A program made the translations under genes and the position numbers. DNA of 52,609 nucleotides, counting the filler, from Squatina squatina (Eukaryota), in the NCBI GenBank assembly GCA_031763465.1. It is 3 parts of 3 records of this genome, joined end to end, with 100 filler letters (N's around TTAATTAATTAA, not from the genome) between each part and the next. Parts side by side here need not be neighbours in the genome. Positions count along the whole stretch, not along the records: positions 32,653 to 52,609 come from JARFOE010000168.1; 2 more parts are not named here. One strand, written 5' to 3'. Positions 52,478 through 52,609 of this stretch are shown piece by piece. Position 1 is the first letter of the stretch. The number at the start of each line of letters is the position of its first letter. The notes under the pieces are model-generated. The model searched no databases. It was not told where the DNA came from and saw nothing but the letters and a program-made list of their open reading frames with translations.

Positions 52478-52519
52478 CAAAATCTGGAGAAATAAATGTT
52501 GAAGCAGTTTAACAAGAAG
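52478..52519 (+). CDS. Candidate short stop-codon exon of RAP1GAP (QNLEK* if phase 0)
   Basis: ttttttgcag|CAAAATCTGGAGAAATAA...AAGAAG|gtaagt; 42 bp, strong splice sites, stops in all three frames. Confidence 0.45.
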
Positions 52520-52609
52520 GTAAGTTTGGAACTGGAATAAATTTAGTTTTTAACATTCTGCAGCTCTATGAACTACCATCTAAATCAGTTTGTATTTATG
52601 TATTTGCTT

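Overview
This is eukaryotic DNA, most likely from a cartilaginous fish (shark/ray type), judged from DeuSINE/SacSINE-like SINEs, CR1 LINEs and Harbinger elements. It comes from a highly fragmented assembly of short contigs joined mostly by 100-N gaps. Two gaps contain the six-frame-stop linker TTAATTAATTAA (16583-16594, 32597-32608), which splits the window into three apparently unrelated blocks. Block 1 (1-16538) holds partial WNK2 (-) and CARD19 (-). Block 2 (16639-32552) holds partial TTC39A (-) and EPS15 (-). Block 3 (32653-52609) holds partial RAP1GAP (+). Many exons are missing in gaps; the ones listed were delimited by reading AG/GT splice sites by eye, and gene names come from recalled vertebrate protein sequences, not from a search. 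The most unusual feature is a lone 158-bp cytochrome b561 (CYB561)-like exon with both splice sites, lying on the same strand inside a WNK2 intron on an ungapped contig. It is phase-compatible with the upstream WNK2 exon. Other candidates are EPS15 microexons, a two-gene Harbinger remnant, a TA-flanked MITE and nested retroposons. No prokaryotic features, CRISPR arrays or rRNA/tRNA genes were found.
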